From a virus: a DNA stretch of 64,000 nucleotides. A model generated the notes under the pieces. That model made no database searches, was not told the DNA's origin, and saw only the letters and a program-made list of their open reading frames with translations. The stretch covers positions 64,001-128,000 of IMG/VR virus record IMGVR_UViG_3300024518_000034; one strand, given 5' to 3'. This document shows positions 10,745 to 20,561 of the stretch, one piece after another. How positions within the stretch are numbered: position 1 is the first letter of the stretch; each line of letters starts with the position of its first letter. The position numbers and the translations under genes were made by a program.

Positions 10745-11974
10745 ATGAGCGAGGGCAAGCGAAAAGTTATGTGGGTAAGTGATAGCCCACAATGGAGATA
10801 TGTTGGACAATCTAGAGTAACTAGAGAGGTCTGCAGAAGGTTGAATTCCAAATATGATATGTGTGTGGCTGGATTCTTTGATAAGAAAGAAGTTGGAAAA
10901 GAAGCAATATTTAAAGATGGATATCCAGTCTATAACATAACAAGGGATGCTACTGGATTAATTATTGACGCTATACATCATTATAATCCAGACGTGGTCA
11001 TCATGAGTCACGATTGCTGGGAGTTTCCAAACATAGAACTGTTTAGAAGAAAATTTCCAAAGATTAAATTTATTGGATGGTTTACTATTGATGGTGATCC
11101 GATAGATACAAAGTGGAAGAATTTGTTGGAAGCTTGCAATTTAATAATTAGTCCTACAGAATATGGAAAAAAAGTAATAAAAGATCAGTACATGCACTTA
11201 GATGTAGATGTTGTCTCGTATGGAATTGACCATTCTAATTTTTTTAAGATAGATCAGTTACAAAAAGAGATGCATCGTAAGAGTATAAGAATGAATAATG
11301 GGGCAAGTTTGGAGGGGAAATTTTGTGCTATTTTCACAGGACAAAATCACACTAGAAAAAATCTGGGAGCAGCCTTCGACGGATGGAATAGATTTTCTAA
11401 AGGAAAAGATGATGTGGCATATACCATCATCACCCATACGCGAAAAATTAAGCATGGAGAATGGGCTAACATGCCAGTAGATTATGATCTAGGCAATTGG
11501 TATAATGCTGATAGCATGTTAGTTGTGGATGGTGTAGTAGATGATCCAACTCTTTCTAGATTTTATCAAGTAAGTGATGTAATGTTGTTACCCACCCTAG
11601 GCGAGTCGCCTTCTCTGCCATTGTTGGAATCTATGGCTTGCGGAGTAGTGCCAATAGTTACTAATTATTCTGGCCCAACTGATTTCTGTAGGCATAATGA
11701 AAATGCCTTCTTGATGGAAGGAGTAGATTTTTGGCCTCAAATGTGGCATGTGAGAAGAAAGATAGTTTCGCCAGAAACAGTTCAAGAATCGTTGGAAATA
11801 ATGTATAACAAATGGAAAAATGAAAAGGCCAACTTTCACAAGTTGGCGCAAAATGCAGTGGCTGCTTCTAGAGAATACGATTGGGATAAATCGGCAGCGG
11901 GAATAATGAATAGTATTGAAAGTCTATTCAAAGAGAATAGAGTAGAGAGAACAAACAAGGTAACTAGAGTATGA
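10745..11974 (+). CDS. Glycosyltransferase family 4 (GT-B)
   Basis: KVMWVSDSP N-terminus; GQNHTRKN; ESPSLPLLESMACGVVPIVTNYSG (EX7E motif). Confidence 0.9.
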   Translation: MSEGKRKVMWVSDSPQWRYVGQSRVTREVCRRLNSKYDMCVAGFFDKKEVGKEAIFKDGYPVYNITRDATGLIIDAIHHYNPDVVIMSHDCWEFPNIELFRRKFPKIKFIGWFTIDGDPIDTKWKNLLEACNLIISPTEYGKKVIKDQYMHLDVDVVSYGIDHSNFFKIDQLQKEMHRKSIRMNNGASLEGKFCAIFTGQNHTRKNLGAAFDGWNRFSKGKDDVAYTIITHTRKIKHGEWANMPVDYDLGNWYNADSMLVVDGVVDDPTLSRFYQVSDVMLLPTLGESPSLPLLESMACGVVPIVTNYSGPTDFCRHNENAFLMEGVDFWPQMWHVRRKIVSPETVQESLEIMYNKWKNEKANFHKLAQNAVAASREYDWDKSAAGIMNSIESLFKENRVERTNKVTRV

Positions 11975-14196
11975 GATCTATAAACGTTTTTGGAACTTTT
12001 AATGGGGTTACTGGATATGACCATGTAGTTAGAAATATTGTAGAAAGAATGTATTTCAAGGGTATCGTTGTAGGATTGCATGATTTCAAGGAATGGTCGG
12101 GTACTAAGATACCTACGTCAGTTTTGTTACAGAATATGGTAAAAAGCGCACCGGCTGTGCGCTCTGATATGCTGTTAGCTTTTTGTTTACCAGAGCAGAT
12201 TTATAAAAATAAGAATCTGCACCAAGGAAAAATTATAGCTAATTACACTATGATGGAAACTGATAGGATACCTAGAAATTGGGTAGATTATGGTGCATCA
12301 AGTGATGTAATAATAGTGCCTACTCAATTTAATAAAAAGGCCTGGATAGATAGTGGAGTGAATGAGAACAGATTGGAGGTCGTACCGCTAGGAATTGATG
12401 TAGGTATGTACAATCCAAGCATTCACCCATTGCCATTATATGATGGTGACGAGCTAATAAATGACAAATATAAGTACAGATTCTTAAATATACAGGAAGC
12501 GGTAGATAGAAAGAATTTAGATGGCATATTAGAAAGCTGGATGATAGCTACTAAAGATAGAGACGATTGTTGCTTAATATTGAAGTTATCTTCATACTCA
12601 GAAAATAGATTAGACTTTTTCGGAACTAGAATGGATCGTATTAGAGAGAAGGTAGGAATCAAAAAAGAAGAACACGCGCCTATTTTTATATATTCTAATA
12701 TGTTGTTGGACTCACAAATGCCTTCATTACTTTCAACTTGTACACATTACATATCACTTAGTTTTGGCGAAGGGTGGGATCTAAATATGATCGCAGCAGC
12801 GTCGATGAATAAACAACTGGTAGCGCCAGACAATTCATCTTATAAAGAATATTTGAACGATGAGATTGCATTCATGATTGATACTAAATTAGAGCCAGCA
12901 AAACAAAGCGGACCAACAGCTAGAATCTATCATGGGTCAAACTGGGCAAGACCACAGATGGAATGTGTATTGGATACGTATAAGAAGATTTTTGATGGAG
13001 AAGTGAAGAAAGAAGCAAGAGAGGTGATTGCAAAAGAATATACTTGGGATCACACTGTAGACAATTTAATAAAGACATTAGATAGAAGATTTTATGGCAC
13101 TAAACCTTTTTCTCTACCCAAAGAAGTAGAGAAAAAAAAGACGGGTGTCATGTTAGTTTGCAAAAGTAATGTTGGTTCAGAGAAATGTGGAATATTGGAG
13201 TATAGCAAGTCATTGATAGGTGCATTTCAAAATTCGGAAGAAAAGTTAGATAAAGTGGGACTTATGGGCGGAAATGAGCCGACTTATGTCGATCATATTG
13301 ATAACAATGAAATAGCATTAGTGCATTATCAATATGAGTATCAGTTTCATAGCCCAAGTAGATTGAAGTTTATGTTTAGAGAATTAAAGGCTCGCGGTGT
13401 TAAAACGGTTGTGACTCAACACACTCTAACGAAAGAGGCTGCACCGCACAATTGCGTGATAAGAGATTATGCTGATGCTATCATAGTGCATAGTGATCGT
13501 AGTAAAGAATATGCTAGCGCACAATTAGGATATGATTCAAAAAAGGTTCACAAGGTTATAATGCCATGCAATCCAATCATAGAAGAGTTTGATTCCACTG
13601 TTCCATTGCCGAAAGACAAATTGAAGGTGGGATTTTTTGGATTTTCCTATTATCACAAGGGAATAAACAAACTTATAATTAACTACTATTCACTGAAACA
13701 GCACGAGGCTTTTAAGGATCTAATGTTAGTTATAGTTTCGAACAAGCCTAAGCAGGACCAGGTTGGATATTATGAACAATGTGTAAATATGTTGAACTAT
13801 TTTGGATTGAAGAACAAAGAAGATTACATTTGGATAGATAAGTTTTTACCTGAGGAACAAGCTGTAGGTTATTTGAACCAGTGTGACTGCATTATATTAC
13901 CATATGATGATTATGGTGGAGTAGGTACGAGTGCGGCAATAAGAACAGCTATGAGAGCAGGCAAGCCAGTTTTTGCATCAGACACTTGTTGGTTTTCTGA
14001 CATACCAGAAATAGTAGTACCTAGAATTAATGATGATAATTTCGAAGGAGATTTGAAATCATTGTTGGGTGAGGTTAGGAAAAAAGAGAATTCAGAGGCA
14101 CTTTCTGGTAGAGTTAAAAAGTATGTTGAGAGGAATTCATGGGAAGAGTCGGCAAGGCAGCACAGAGAGATATATCAAACGCTTATAGGTACTTAA
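11971..14196 (+). CDS. Tandem two-domain GT4-like glycosyltransferase
   Basis: Domain 1: RKNLDGILE, GEGWDLNMIAAAS; domain 2: FGFSYYHKG, ILPYDDYGGVGTSAAIRTAMRAGKPV. Confidence 0.88.
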   Translation: MRSINVFGTFNGVTGYDHVVRNIVERMYFKGIVVGLHDFKEWSGTKIPTSVLLQNMVKSAPAVRSDMLLAFCLPEQIYKNKNLHQGKIIANYTMMETDRIPRNWVDYGASSDVIIVPTQFNKKAWIDSGVNENRLEVVPLGIDVGMYNPSIHPLPLYDGDELINDKYKYRFLNIQEAVDRKNLDGILESWMIATKDRDDCCLILKLSSYSENRLDFFGTRMDRIREKVGIKKEEHAPIFIYSNMLLDSQMPSLLSTCTHYISLSFGEGWDLNMIAAASMNKQLVAPDNSSYKEYLNDEIAFMIDTKLEPAKQSGPTARIYHGSNWARPQMECVLDTYKKIFDGEVKKEAREVIAKEYTWDHTVDNLIKTLDRRFYGTKPFSLPKEVEKKKTGVMLVCKSNVGSEKCGILEYSKSLIGAFQNSEEKLDKVGLMGGNEPTYVDHIDNNEIALVHYQYEYQFHSPSRLKFMFRELKARGVKTVVTQHTLTKEAAPHNCVIRDYADAIIVHSDRSKEYASAQLGYDSKKVHKVIMPCNPIIEEFDSTVPLPKDKLKVGFFGFSYYHKGINKLIINYYSLKQHEAFKDLMLVIVSNKPKQDQVGYYEQCVNMLNYFGLKNKEDYIWIDKFLPEEQAVGYLNQCDCIILPYDDYGGVGTSAAIRTAMRAGKPVFASDTCWFSDIPEIVVPRINDDNFEGDLKSLLGEVRKKENSEALSGRVKKYVERNSWEESARQHREIYQTLIGT

Positions 14197-14537
14197 TAGT
14201 AGACAGGCTTGAGGAAAAAGATTTAGATTTTATTGACTACACTGAAGAAGGAGGGTGCCTTTATCTTGGAAAAGATTGGAAAGATGGAGGTCACCAAACA
14301 TATGTAATAGGATTGTCTAGTAAGATGGTGGTGTTTTTAAAAGAATTAATAAGATATAAATTTGGAGTTATAGATTTAAAAAGTGGATCGTGGCATTATT
14401 TCATTTGGTCTAAGAACAAACCTGGAATTATTTGTACTATGTATCATAAGTTTAACGACAACATAGAGGGGGACTCAAGAAGATTTTGGAGAGTGATAAG
14501 ACTGTTAGCGGGAAATTTGAGGGCAAGAGATGAGTGA
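14139..14537 (+). CDS. Hypothetical protein (start uncertain)
   Basis: Fills the gap between GT genes; overlaps the upstream gene by 58 nt. Confidence 0.5.
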   Translation: MGRVGKAAQRDISNAYRYLIVDRLEEKDLDFIDYTEEGGCLYLGKDWKDGGHQTYVIGLSSKMVVFLKELIRYKFGVIDLKSGSWHYFIWSKNKPGIICTMYHKFNDNIEGDSRRFWRVIRLLAGNLRARDE

Positions 14538-15444
14538 ACCAAAAATTAGTGTACATATATTGGCGAAGGAAACCACAGAGCTTGGAAACAGACTGTTTGA
14601 GTCATGTGTTCAATCTATATTGGATGCAGACTATGCGTATGAAATTATAATAGTTGATAACGGGTGTGAACCGGGACTTGTTGATGGGCAGTGGGGAGAA
14701 TGCCAAATAACAGTAATAGACGGAACAAACATTGCTGACTTTGCTGCATTAAGAAATCTAGCTTTAGAATACACAGGAAAAGATTGTACACATTTTCATT
14801 GGATTGACACTGATGAGTGCTATCCAAAAGAGACTTTATCAAAGCTAAAGGAAATGGCTAAAAATGATAATATTTCAGCAATAACTACGTGGTTTTGGCA
14901 CTTTATGATTGATCCTACACAATGGCAAGAACAACAGAATAAAACGAACTTCTACAAGCTTGTCCCAGGAATAAAATGGGAATTGCCAGTTCATGAGCAT
15001 CTAGTTGGATATGATAAAACGAAGGTGGCCCATCTGAACGCTTCATATCATCACTATGGATACATTAGGCCACAATGGGTCCAGGCGTTGAAGTGGATAA
15101 AGTATGACGTGTGGCAAAAAGGAAACGCAAATCATTATCGAGAATATTACGACGGAGGTTGGGAAAAGGTGGTAGACTATTATAGCGATGAAAGAACGCC
15201 AGATCAATGTTTAGAAGATCGCAGATCTTATTGCTCTAAATATATAGGGAATCACACGGATGGGTTTGAAAAGAATATAATAGAACCATGGATAGATAGT
15301 GGTAAGACCTGGAATGAGTGGCTTAAGACGATTAACGATTGCACAATGTGGGACGAGTGGGAAGAGAAGAGAAAAGAGTTGGGTTCGTGGAAAGACACAA
15401 TAAGTTGGGCATGTGAACGATATGGATTGAAAGAAAATGAATAA
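14530..15444 (+). CDS. Glycosyltransferase family 2 (GT-A)
   Basis: ISVHIL, IIIVDNG, FAALRNLAL, WIDTDE (DxD), VHEHL, HHYGY. Confidence 0.9.
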   Translation: MSEPKISVHILAKETTELGNRLFESCVQSILDADYAYEIIIVDNGCEPGLVDGQWGECQITVIDGTNIADFAALRNLALEYTGKDCTHFHWIDTDECYPKETLSKLKEMAKNDNISAITTWFWHFMIDPTQWQEQQNKTNFYKLVPGIKWELPVHEHLVGYDKTKVAHLNASYHHYGYIRPQWVQALKWIKYDVWQKGNANHYREYYDGGWEKVVDYYSDERTPDQCLEDRRSYCSKYIGNHTDGFEKNIIEPWIDSGKTWNEWLKTINDCTMWDEWEEKRKELGSWKDTISWACERYGLKENE

Positions 15445-15628
15445 AGCAACGCTAGAGAAAAACTACAAATTAACCTTGCAACTTACAGATGAAGAGATTC
15501 AGAACTATAAAGTGATATTGCATACATTTAAGACGTTGGGGGACAAGTCAGGTATAGCTGCAAAATATCCTGGTGCCGCGCTTTTAGCAGATGCCATTTT
15601 GTATTCTATTGAAGGAGACAACGAATGA
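15437..15628 (+). CDS. Hypothetical protein
   Basis: Overlapping start/stop with both neighbours. Confidence 0.55.
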   Translation: MNKATLEKNYKLTLQLTDEEIQNYKVILHTFKTLGDKSGIAAKYPGAALLADAILYSIEGDNE

Positions 15629-16338
15629 CAGTAGGAATGTTGATTTGCTCTTTTAACGACCTGGAATTAAGTAAAGTAATGTATCCATCTTTAGTTAAGT
15701 CAATGCCTAGTCATATTCCTTATGGAATTGTTGTAGTGGATGGCGGATCAACAGATGGATCGCTAGAGTTTTGGAAATCGAAGGCACCCGTGATACATCC
15801 AGGCGATTCAGATTTGCTAAAGCAGTTAAACGCTGAACCTGGAGATTTGAGACACTTATCTAGATCCTTAAATGTGGGAGGTAAGTATTTAATGGATAGT
15901 GGAGAGTATTCTCACATATTACACCCACATCCTGACATGGAATTTCCCCAAGAGGGGTGGGTAGAGACAATGGTCAATTATCTCAAAAAAGAGCCAAAAA
16001 TAGCTAAATTATCAGCAGATTGGGACCATTTGAGAATGGGAGATAGAGAGGGAAATCAATGCCCGTGGATAATGCCGGTTTCTGTAATCAAAGAAATGAT
16101 TGAAGGTGATGGATATTGGTTCGATCCAGAGTTTAGAGGGATTGGTGGAAGTGAAGACTGGGATCTAAATTGCAGGTTGATCAACAAGGGGTATCGTGTT
16201 ACAATTACATCTGATGCAATAGTAGAGCATGAGGGAATGGGAACTAGGGGTCAAAAGGGAAGAGACACTAACCAGGATGCTCTGTACAATAGAGGTTATT
16301 ATGTGAGCAAGTGGGGAACGCACATGTCCCCAGTATAG
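15625..16338 (+). CDS. Glycosyltransferase family 2
   Basis: VVVDGGSTDGS, HPDM (DxD-like), GSEDWDLNCRL, IVEHEG. Confidence 0.88.
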   Translation: MTVGMLICSFNDLELSKVMYPSLVKSMPSHIPYGIVVVDGGSTDGSLEFWKSKAPVIHPGDSDLLKQLNAEPGDLRHLSRSLNVGGKYLMDSGEYSHILHPHPDMEFPQEGWVETMVNYLKKEPKIAKLSADWDHLRMGDREGNQCPWIMPVSVIKEMIEGDGYWFDPEFRGIGGSEDWDLNCRLINKGYRVTITSDAIVEHEGMGTRGQKGRDTNQDALYNRGYYVSKWGTHMSPV

Positions 16339-16346
16339 GAGATAAA

Positions 16347-16625
16347 ATGACAGTTAAAGAAGCAAAGAAGGCAGTGTACGGATTTATTGAAGACACAGAT
16401 CTTACAACGAGAGATGCGCTTGATTTTACTGAATTAGTAAATGACTTAATTGAGGCTGCAAAAGAAGAACAGAAAAGTTCATACGATGGTGAATTGCAGA
16501 GACTATATCATCTAATATATAATCAAGCTGTAAGTGCAGCAAGAGAAGCATTTGTACAAGGGATGAGGCCTCCTGAGAACAGTGAAGAGGCGAAAGAAGA
16601 GGTTGAGGAAGTTGCAAATGTCTAA
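16347..16625 (+). CDS. Hypothetical protein
   Basis: ATG at 16347 preceded by AGGAG. Confidence 0.6.
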   Translation: MTVKEAKKAVYGFIEDTDLTTRDALDFTELVNDLIEAAKEEQKSSYDGELQRLYHLIYNQAVSAAREAFVQGMRPPENSEEAKEEVEEVANV

Positions 16626-17526
16626 ACCAAGAGTTGCTATAGTTATGACCACTATGAATCTTAAGTGGACAAAAATGGCATTACCAGATCTTATCGAGAA
16701 TACTAAGTATCCTTACGATCTAATATTGGTGGACGATTGCACTACAGATGAAGCTAGAAAATTTATCTGGAGTGGATATAAAGAAGTAGAAGACGCTTCG
16801 AAAGCGTTAAATAAGAAAATCGTTTGTTTTTCTACGGGAGAAGAGGACAGGCGAGGAGTTGCAGGATGTTGGAATATTGGGTTGGAAAAAGCGATAGAAG
16901 GTGATTATGAATATTGTTTGATTATGAACAATGACATAGCTTTTCCTGCACCAAAAGATGATAAATGCTGGCTTGAGAGACTAGTAGATTTGGGAGACAG
17001 TAATAAAGATTATGCTTGGCTGTCTCCAGCTTGGCATTGGACAGGTGAACCAGAAGCGGGAGGAATTAAGTGTTTTAAAGCTTCCTGTTGGGATTACACA
17101 GAAAAGCATAAAGATCAAATAGACGATGGAGGAATTGGGTGCTTCTTTATGCTTAGGATGGCTGATGTTAAGTGGATGAAGAATTCAGAAGAAGCTAAAG
17201 GTGAAGAGAATCATCCAGGCTTGTTTGATAAAACATCATATCCAACTAACTGGGAAGAAGTGGATTATTTGATAAGATTGAGGAGAAAAACCTCAATAAA
17301 GGTTAAAAATAAAACAGGAACATTTCACGCTGTAGCATTATATCATAAAGGTAGTGGTACAACGGGGTCGCCCGAATGGCATGGAAAAGTTAAAGTAGAT
17401 TACCAAACGGGACATGTCAACTTTTGTAAGAAATGGAATCTTCCTCATCCAAATAGTGGGTTTGGAGTGCATAATGCAATATATGAATATGTTAATAAAG
17501 ATGGCAAATGGGAAAAGGCAACATAG
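16618..17526 (+). CDS. Glycosyltransferase family 2
   Basis: LILVDDCT, GVAGCWNIG, IMNNDI, WEEVDYLIRL, LYHKG. Confidence 0.87.
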   Translation: MSKPRVAIVMTTMNLKWTKMALPDLIENTKYPYDLILVDDCTTDEARKFIWSGYKEVEDASKALNKKIVCFSTGEEDRRGVAGCWNIGLEKAIEGDYEYCLIMNNDIAFPAPKDDKCWLERLVDLGDSNKDYAWLSPAWHWTGEPEAGGIKCFKASCWDYTEKHKDQIDDGGIGCFFMLRMADVKWMKNSEEAKGEENHPGLFDKTSYPTNWEEVDYLIRLRRKTSIKVKNKTGTFHAVALYHKGSGTTGSPEWHGKVKVDYQTGHVNFCKKWNLPHPNSGFGVHNAIYEYVNKDGKWEKAT

Positions 17527-17534
17527 GAGGTGAA

Positions 17535-18539
17535 ATGATTTTAGCAGAATACATATGGATAGATGGAACAACGCCAACAGCGAGGTTAAGATCAAAAACG
17601 AAAGTGTTAACTTTGGAAGACGAAGGAATTTGTCCAGATTGGAACTTTGATGGGTCGTCTACAAATCAGGCTGATGGAGACGATTCAGATGTTAAGCTTA
17701 AAGTTGTAAGAACGGTAAAAGATCCATTTAGAAAAGGTACGAATTACCTTGTTTTGTGTGAATGCACAACTCATGATGGCAAGCCTGTAGAAAGTAATGC
17801 AAGAGCTAAATTGAGAGCGCTGCTGGAGAGTGGTGTTAGAAAAAAGCATGAGCCGTGGGTTGGCTTTGAACAAGAATATACATTAATTGATGAAATATCT
17901 GGGAAACCAAAGGGATTCCCAGAGAGGGGATATCCATCACCGCAAGGGCCATATTATTGTGGAACAAATATACCAGGAAGGGTGGTAATGGAGAGGCATC
18001 TGCAGGCATGCATTGAGGCTGGGTTGAAAATTACGGGTACAAATGCTGAAGTCATGGTTGGGCAGTGGGAATATCAGATTGGCCATGGAGATCCGCTAGA
18101 GATTAGTGATCATCTGTGGATAGCTAGATATCTCTTGGAGAGGATAGCAGAGGAAGAGGGGGTAGGCGTAAGTTTGGAAAATAAACCAGTAAAAGGCGAT
18201 TGGAACGGATCAGGCGCACATTTAAACATATCTATTAAATCAACAAGAGAGAAAAACGGATTAGAGGCTATTGACAAAGTTATATCGAAGTTGAAAAAGT
18301 GTCACAGGGAACATATATTGGAGTATGGGCATGGGTTGGGAGAGAGACTTACTGGTGAACACGAGACTTGTCATATTGGTGAGTTTAAGTGGGGTGTAGC
18401 AGATAGAACTGCATCCATTAGAATTCCTTATAAAGTTTATAAGGATAAGAGGGGGTATTTTGAAGATAGAAGGCCAGGGGCCAATATTGATCCATATCGA
18501 GCATGTAGAAGGATGCTACAAACAATAGCAAGTGAATAA
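17535..18539 (+). CDS. glnII: Glutamine synthetase type II
   Basis: EYIWIDG, WNFDGSSTNQA, GFEQEY, PQGPYYCG, NAEVMVGQWEYQIG, DWNGSGAH, RLTGEHET, FEDRRPGANIDPY; SD GGAGG. Confidence 0.95.
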   Translation: MILAEYIWIDGTTPTARLRSKTKVLTLEDEGICPDWNFDGSSTNQADGDDSDVKLKVVRTVKDPFRKGTNYLVLCECTTHDGKPVESNARAKLRALLESGVRKKHEPWVGFEQEYTLIDEISGKPKGFPERGYPSPQGPYYCGTNIPGRVVMERHLQACIEAGLKITGTNAEVMVGQWEYQIGHGDPLEISDHLWIARYLLERIAEEEGVGVSLENKPVKGDWNGSGAHLNISIKSTREKNGLEAIDKVISKLKKCHREHILEYGHGLGERLTGEHETCHIGEFKWGVADRTASIRIPYKVYKDKRGYFEDRRPGANIDPYRACRRMLQTIASE

Positions 18540-19026
18540 AAAATGTACAAAGTGTAATTCAAGTAAAGATATTTCTAATTTTTATAAAGATAAGCACAAT
18601 AAGGATGGGTATAATTATAGATGTAAATTTTGTGTGAATCAAGGAAATACGTGCAGTGAATGCGGTAAAAGTATTACAAAAAGATCAAAATATTGCGATA
18701 GGTGTTGTAAAATTGGAGTGAAAAATCCTGACTGGAAGGGCGGCAGAGTTGTAAGAGGGTCTGGCTATGTTAGGGTTAAGATGCGAGATCATCCGAATGC
18801 GCACGTTGATGGCTATGTATTTGAACACGTAATGATAATGTCTAAAATGATAGGAAGACCATTGTTAAAAAAAGAAACAGTACATCATAAAAATGGAATT
18901 AAAAATGATAATAGACTAGAAAATCTTGAATTGTGGAGTTCAGATCATCCTTCTGGTCAAAGAGTAAAAGATTTAGTAAAGTGGGCTAAAGAGATACTTA
19001 GAAAATATGGTGATAGATGCGACTAG
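18532..19026 (+). CDS. Free-standing HNH endonuclease with N-terminal Zn fingers
   Basis: CxxC pairs; EHVMIM, VHHKNGIKNDNRLENLELW. Confidence 0.9.
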   Translation: MNKKCTKCNSSKDISNFYKDKHNKDGYNYRCKFCVNQGNTCSECGKSITKRSKYCDRCCKIGVKNPDWKGGRVVRGSGYVRVKMRDHPNAHVDGYVFEHVMIMSKMIGRPLLKKETVHHKNGIKNDNRLENLELWSSDHPSGQRVKDLVKWAKEILRKYGDRCD

Positions 19027-19580
19027 AACTTGGACCAGGAAACGATCCGTCACCGGGTTTTGATTACTATGTAGACATTGCTCCTCTTGATCATGTAACT
19101 CATGTGCTTGATTTTGCCAAACAAGGACTGCAAGGTTTTGAGGATAACAGTCTTGATGAAATCTTAGCTATACATTTTCTTGAGCATTTACCACAAGGCA
19201 AGCAAAGTTATTTTTTTGCTGAATGTAAGAGAAAACTAAAAGTGGGCGGCAAGCTTGTAGTACATGTACCAAACTTAGAAACGATATTTAGAGCATATGA
19301 GTGTTTTAAAAATAATAACCAATATGATGCGCTTATGACAGAGCTTCAATCGATGTTATTTGGTGTACACAATGGTGATGTTTATTCTGTGCATAAAATA
19401 GCGTATAATTGGCAAATATTAGAGAAAATGTTTCACAATCATGGGTATGAGCCTGTGAGAAACCTAACAGGAATAAAAAAGGACAGACACACTGTTGGTT
19501 GGGAGTGGGTCACAAAGTATATAAGAGATGCTGGTGGAGTCACACCAGAATTTAGTTTAATAGTAGAAGGGAAAAAATAA
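19017..19580 (+). CDS. Class I SAM-dependent methyltransferase
   Basis: RLELGPG motif I, VDI, DEILAIHFLEHL, LKVGG. Confidence 0.85.
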   Translation: MRLELGPGNDPSPGFDYYVDIAPLDHVTHVLDFAKQGLQGFEDNSLDEILAIHFLEHLPQGKQSYFFAECKRKLKVGGKLVVHVPNLETIFRAYECFKNNNQYDALMTELQSMLFGVHNGDVYSVHKIAYNWQILEKMFHNHGYEPVRNLTGIKKDRHTVGWEWVTKYIRDAGGVTPEFSLIVEGKK

Positions 19581-20560
19581 TGAAATCACCGGGAAAAAAG
19601 TTTAAAGAATTAATCGAAAAAGATGGATATATTTTTACAGGTGGAGTATACGATGCTATATCTGCAAAAGTAGCAGCGATGGCTGGAATGAAGGCTTTGT
19701 ATTTGTCAGGATATTCTCAGTCATTGGGGTTGCTTGGAAGATCAGATATGGAATTTGTACAGAGACATCAGGCTGTTGACAATTCGAGAAGAGTAGCAGA
19801 GTCACTAGAAGATGGCGGATTTGATGTCCCAGTAATCGCAGATGCAGATACAGGCTATGGGTCAGTTAATCAGGTTCAATACACTGTGAGGTCGTTTGAG
19901 CGTGCTGGTGTTGCAGGTGTACATCTAGAGGATCAAACGATTCCTAAGAGGTGCGGGCATATTGCAGGAAAGACAGTGCTTCCTATGGAGGAAAGCGTTG
20001 GAAAGATTGCAGCAGCAGTTGATGCAAAAACGGACAAGGATTTCATTATTATAGCAAGAACTGATGCATTGGGTGCAGCCGGTGGATCTATGGAAGATGC
20101 AGTTAAGAGAGCTATCGCGTACCACGACGCAGGTGCTGACATGGTATGGTGCGAGTTTGGCAGTGCATCTAGAGAGTTAGCTAAAGAGTTTGCATATCTT
20201 ACAACATCGTTAAGACCAAAAATGGGTTTGGCTTTTAACTATTCTTCGTCATTTAAGTGGCACGAGCAAAAAGAGCCTATGGTCGCTGAAGAATTGCACG
20301 AGATGGGCTATACATTTATGTTTGTAACATTGTTTGGTATTCATGCTGCAACGCTAAGCTTGTATAATCATTTTGAAAATATGTATGTAGACGGACCAGT
20401 GGCTCAGTGGGATTTAGAAGTGCTTAAGAAAAATCATCCAACGGAGAGTCATCACGTCATGGGAGATACTGCAACATATCAAGCAGTAGAGCAGAAGTTT
20501 CTGCCAACTGTGGCAACTGAAAGAATTGAAGCATCAGAAGGATATAAGGAAGAAAAATAA
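19580..20560 (+). CDS. aceA: Isocitrate lyase (ICL/PEP-mutase superfamily, short type)
   Basis: ADADTGYG, HLEDQTIPKRCGH catalytic motif, IARTDA, LAFNYSSSFKW, HPTESHH. Confidence 0.8.
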   Translation: MKSPGKKFKELIEKDGYIFTGGVYDAISAKVAAMAGMKALYLSGYSQSLGLLGRSDMEFVQRHQAVDNSRRVAESLEDGGFDVPVIADADTGYGSVNQVQYTVRSFERAGVAGVHLEDQTIPKRCGHIAGKTVLPMEESVGKIAAAVDAKTDKDFIIIARTDALGAAGGSMEDAVKRAIAYHDAGADMVWCEFGSASRELAKEFAYLTTSLRPKMGLAFNYSSSFKWHEQKEPMVAEELHEMGYTFMFVTLFGIHAATLSLYNHFENMYVDGPVAQWDLEVLKKNHPTESHHVMGDTATYQAVEQKFLPTVATERIEASEGYKEEK

Positions 20561-20561
20561 T

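Noticed and set aside
19580-20560. PEP mutase / phosphonate pathway
   Set aside because: Has the lyase KRCGH motif rather than the PEP-mutase EDK-KxNS motif; no phosphonopyruvate decarboxylase nearby
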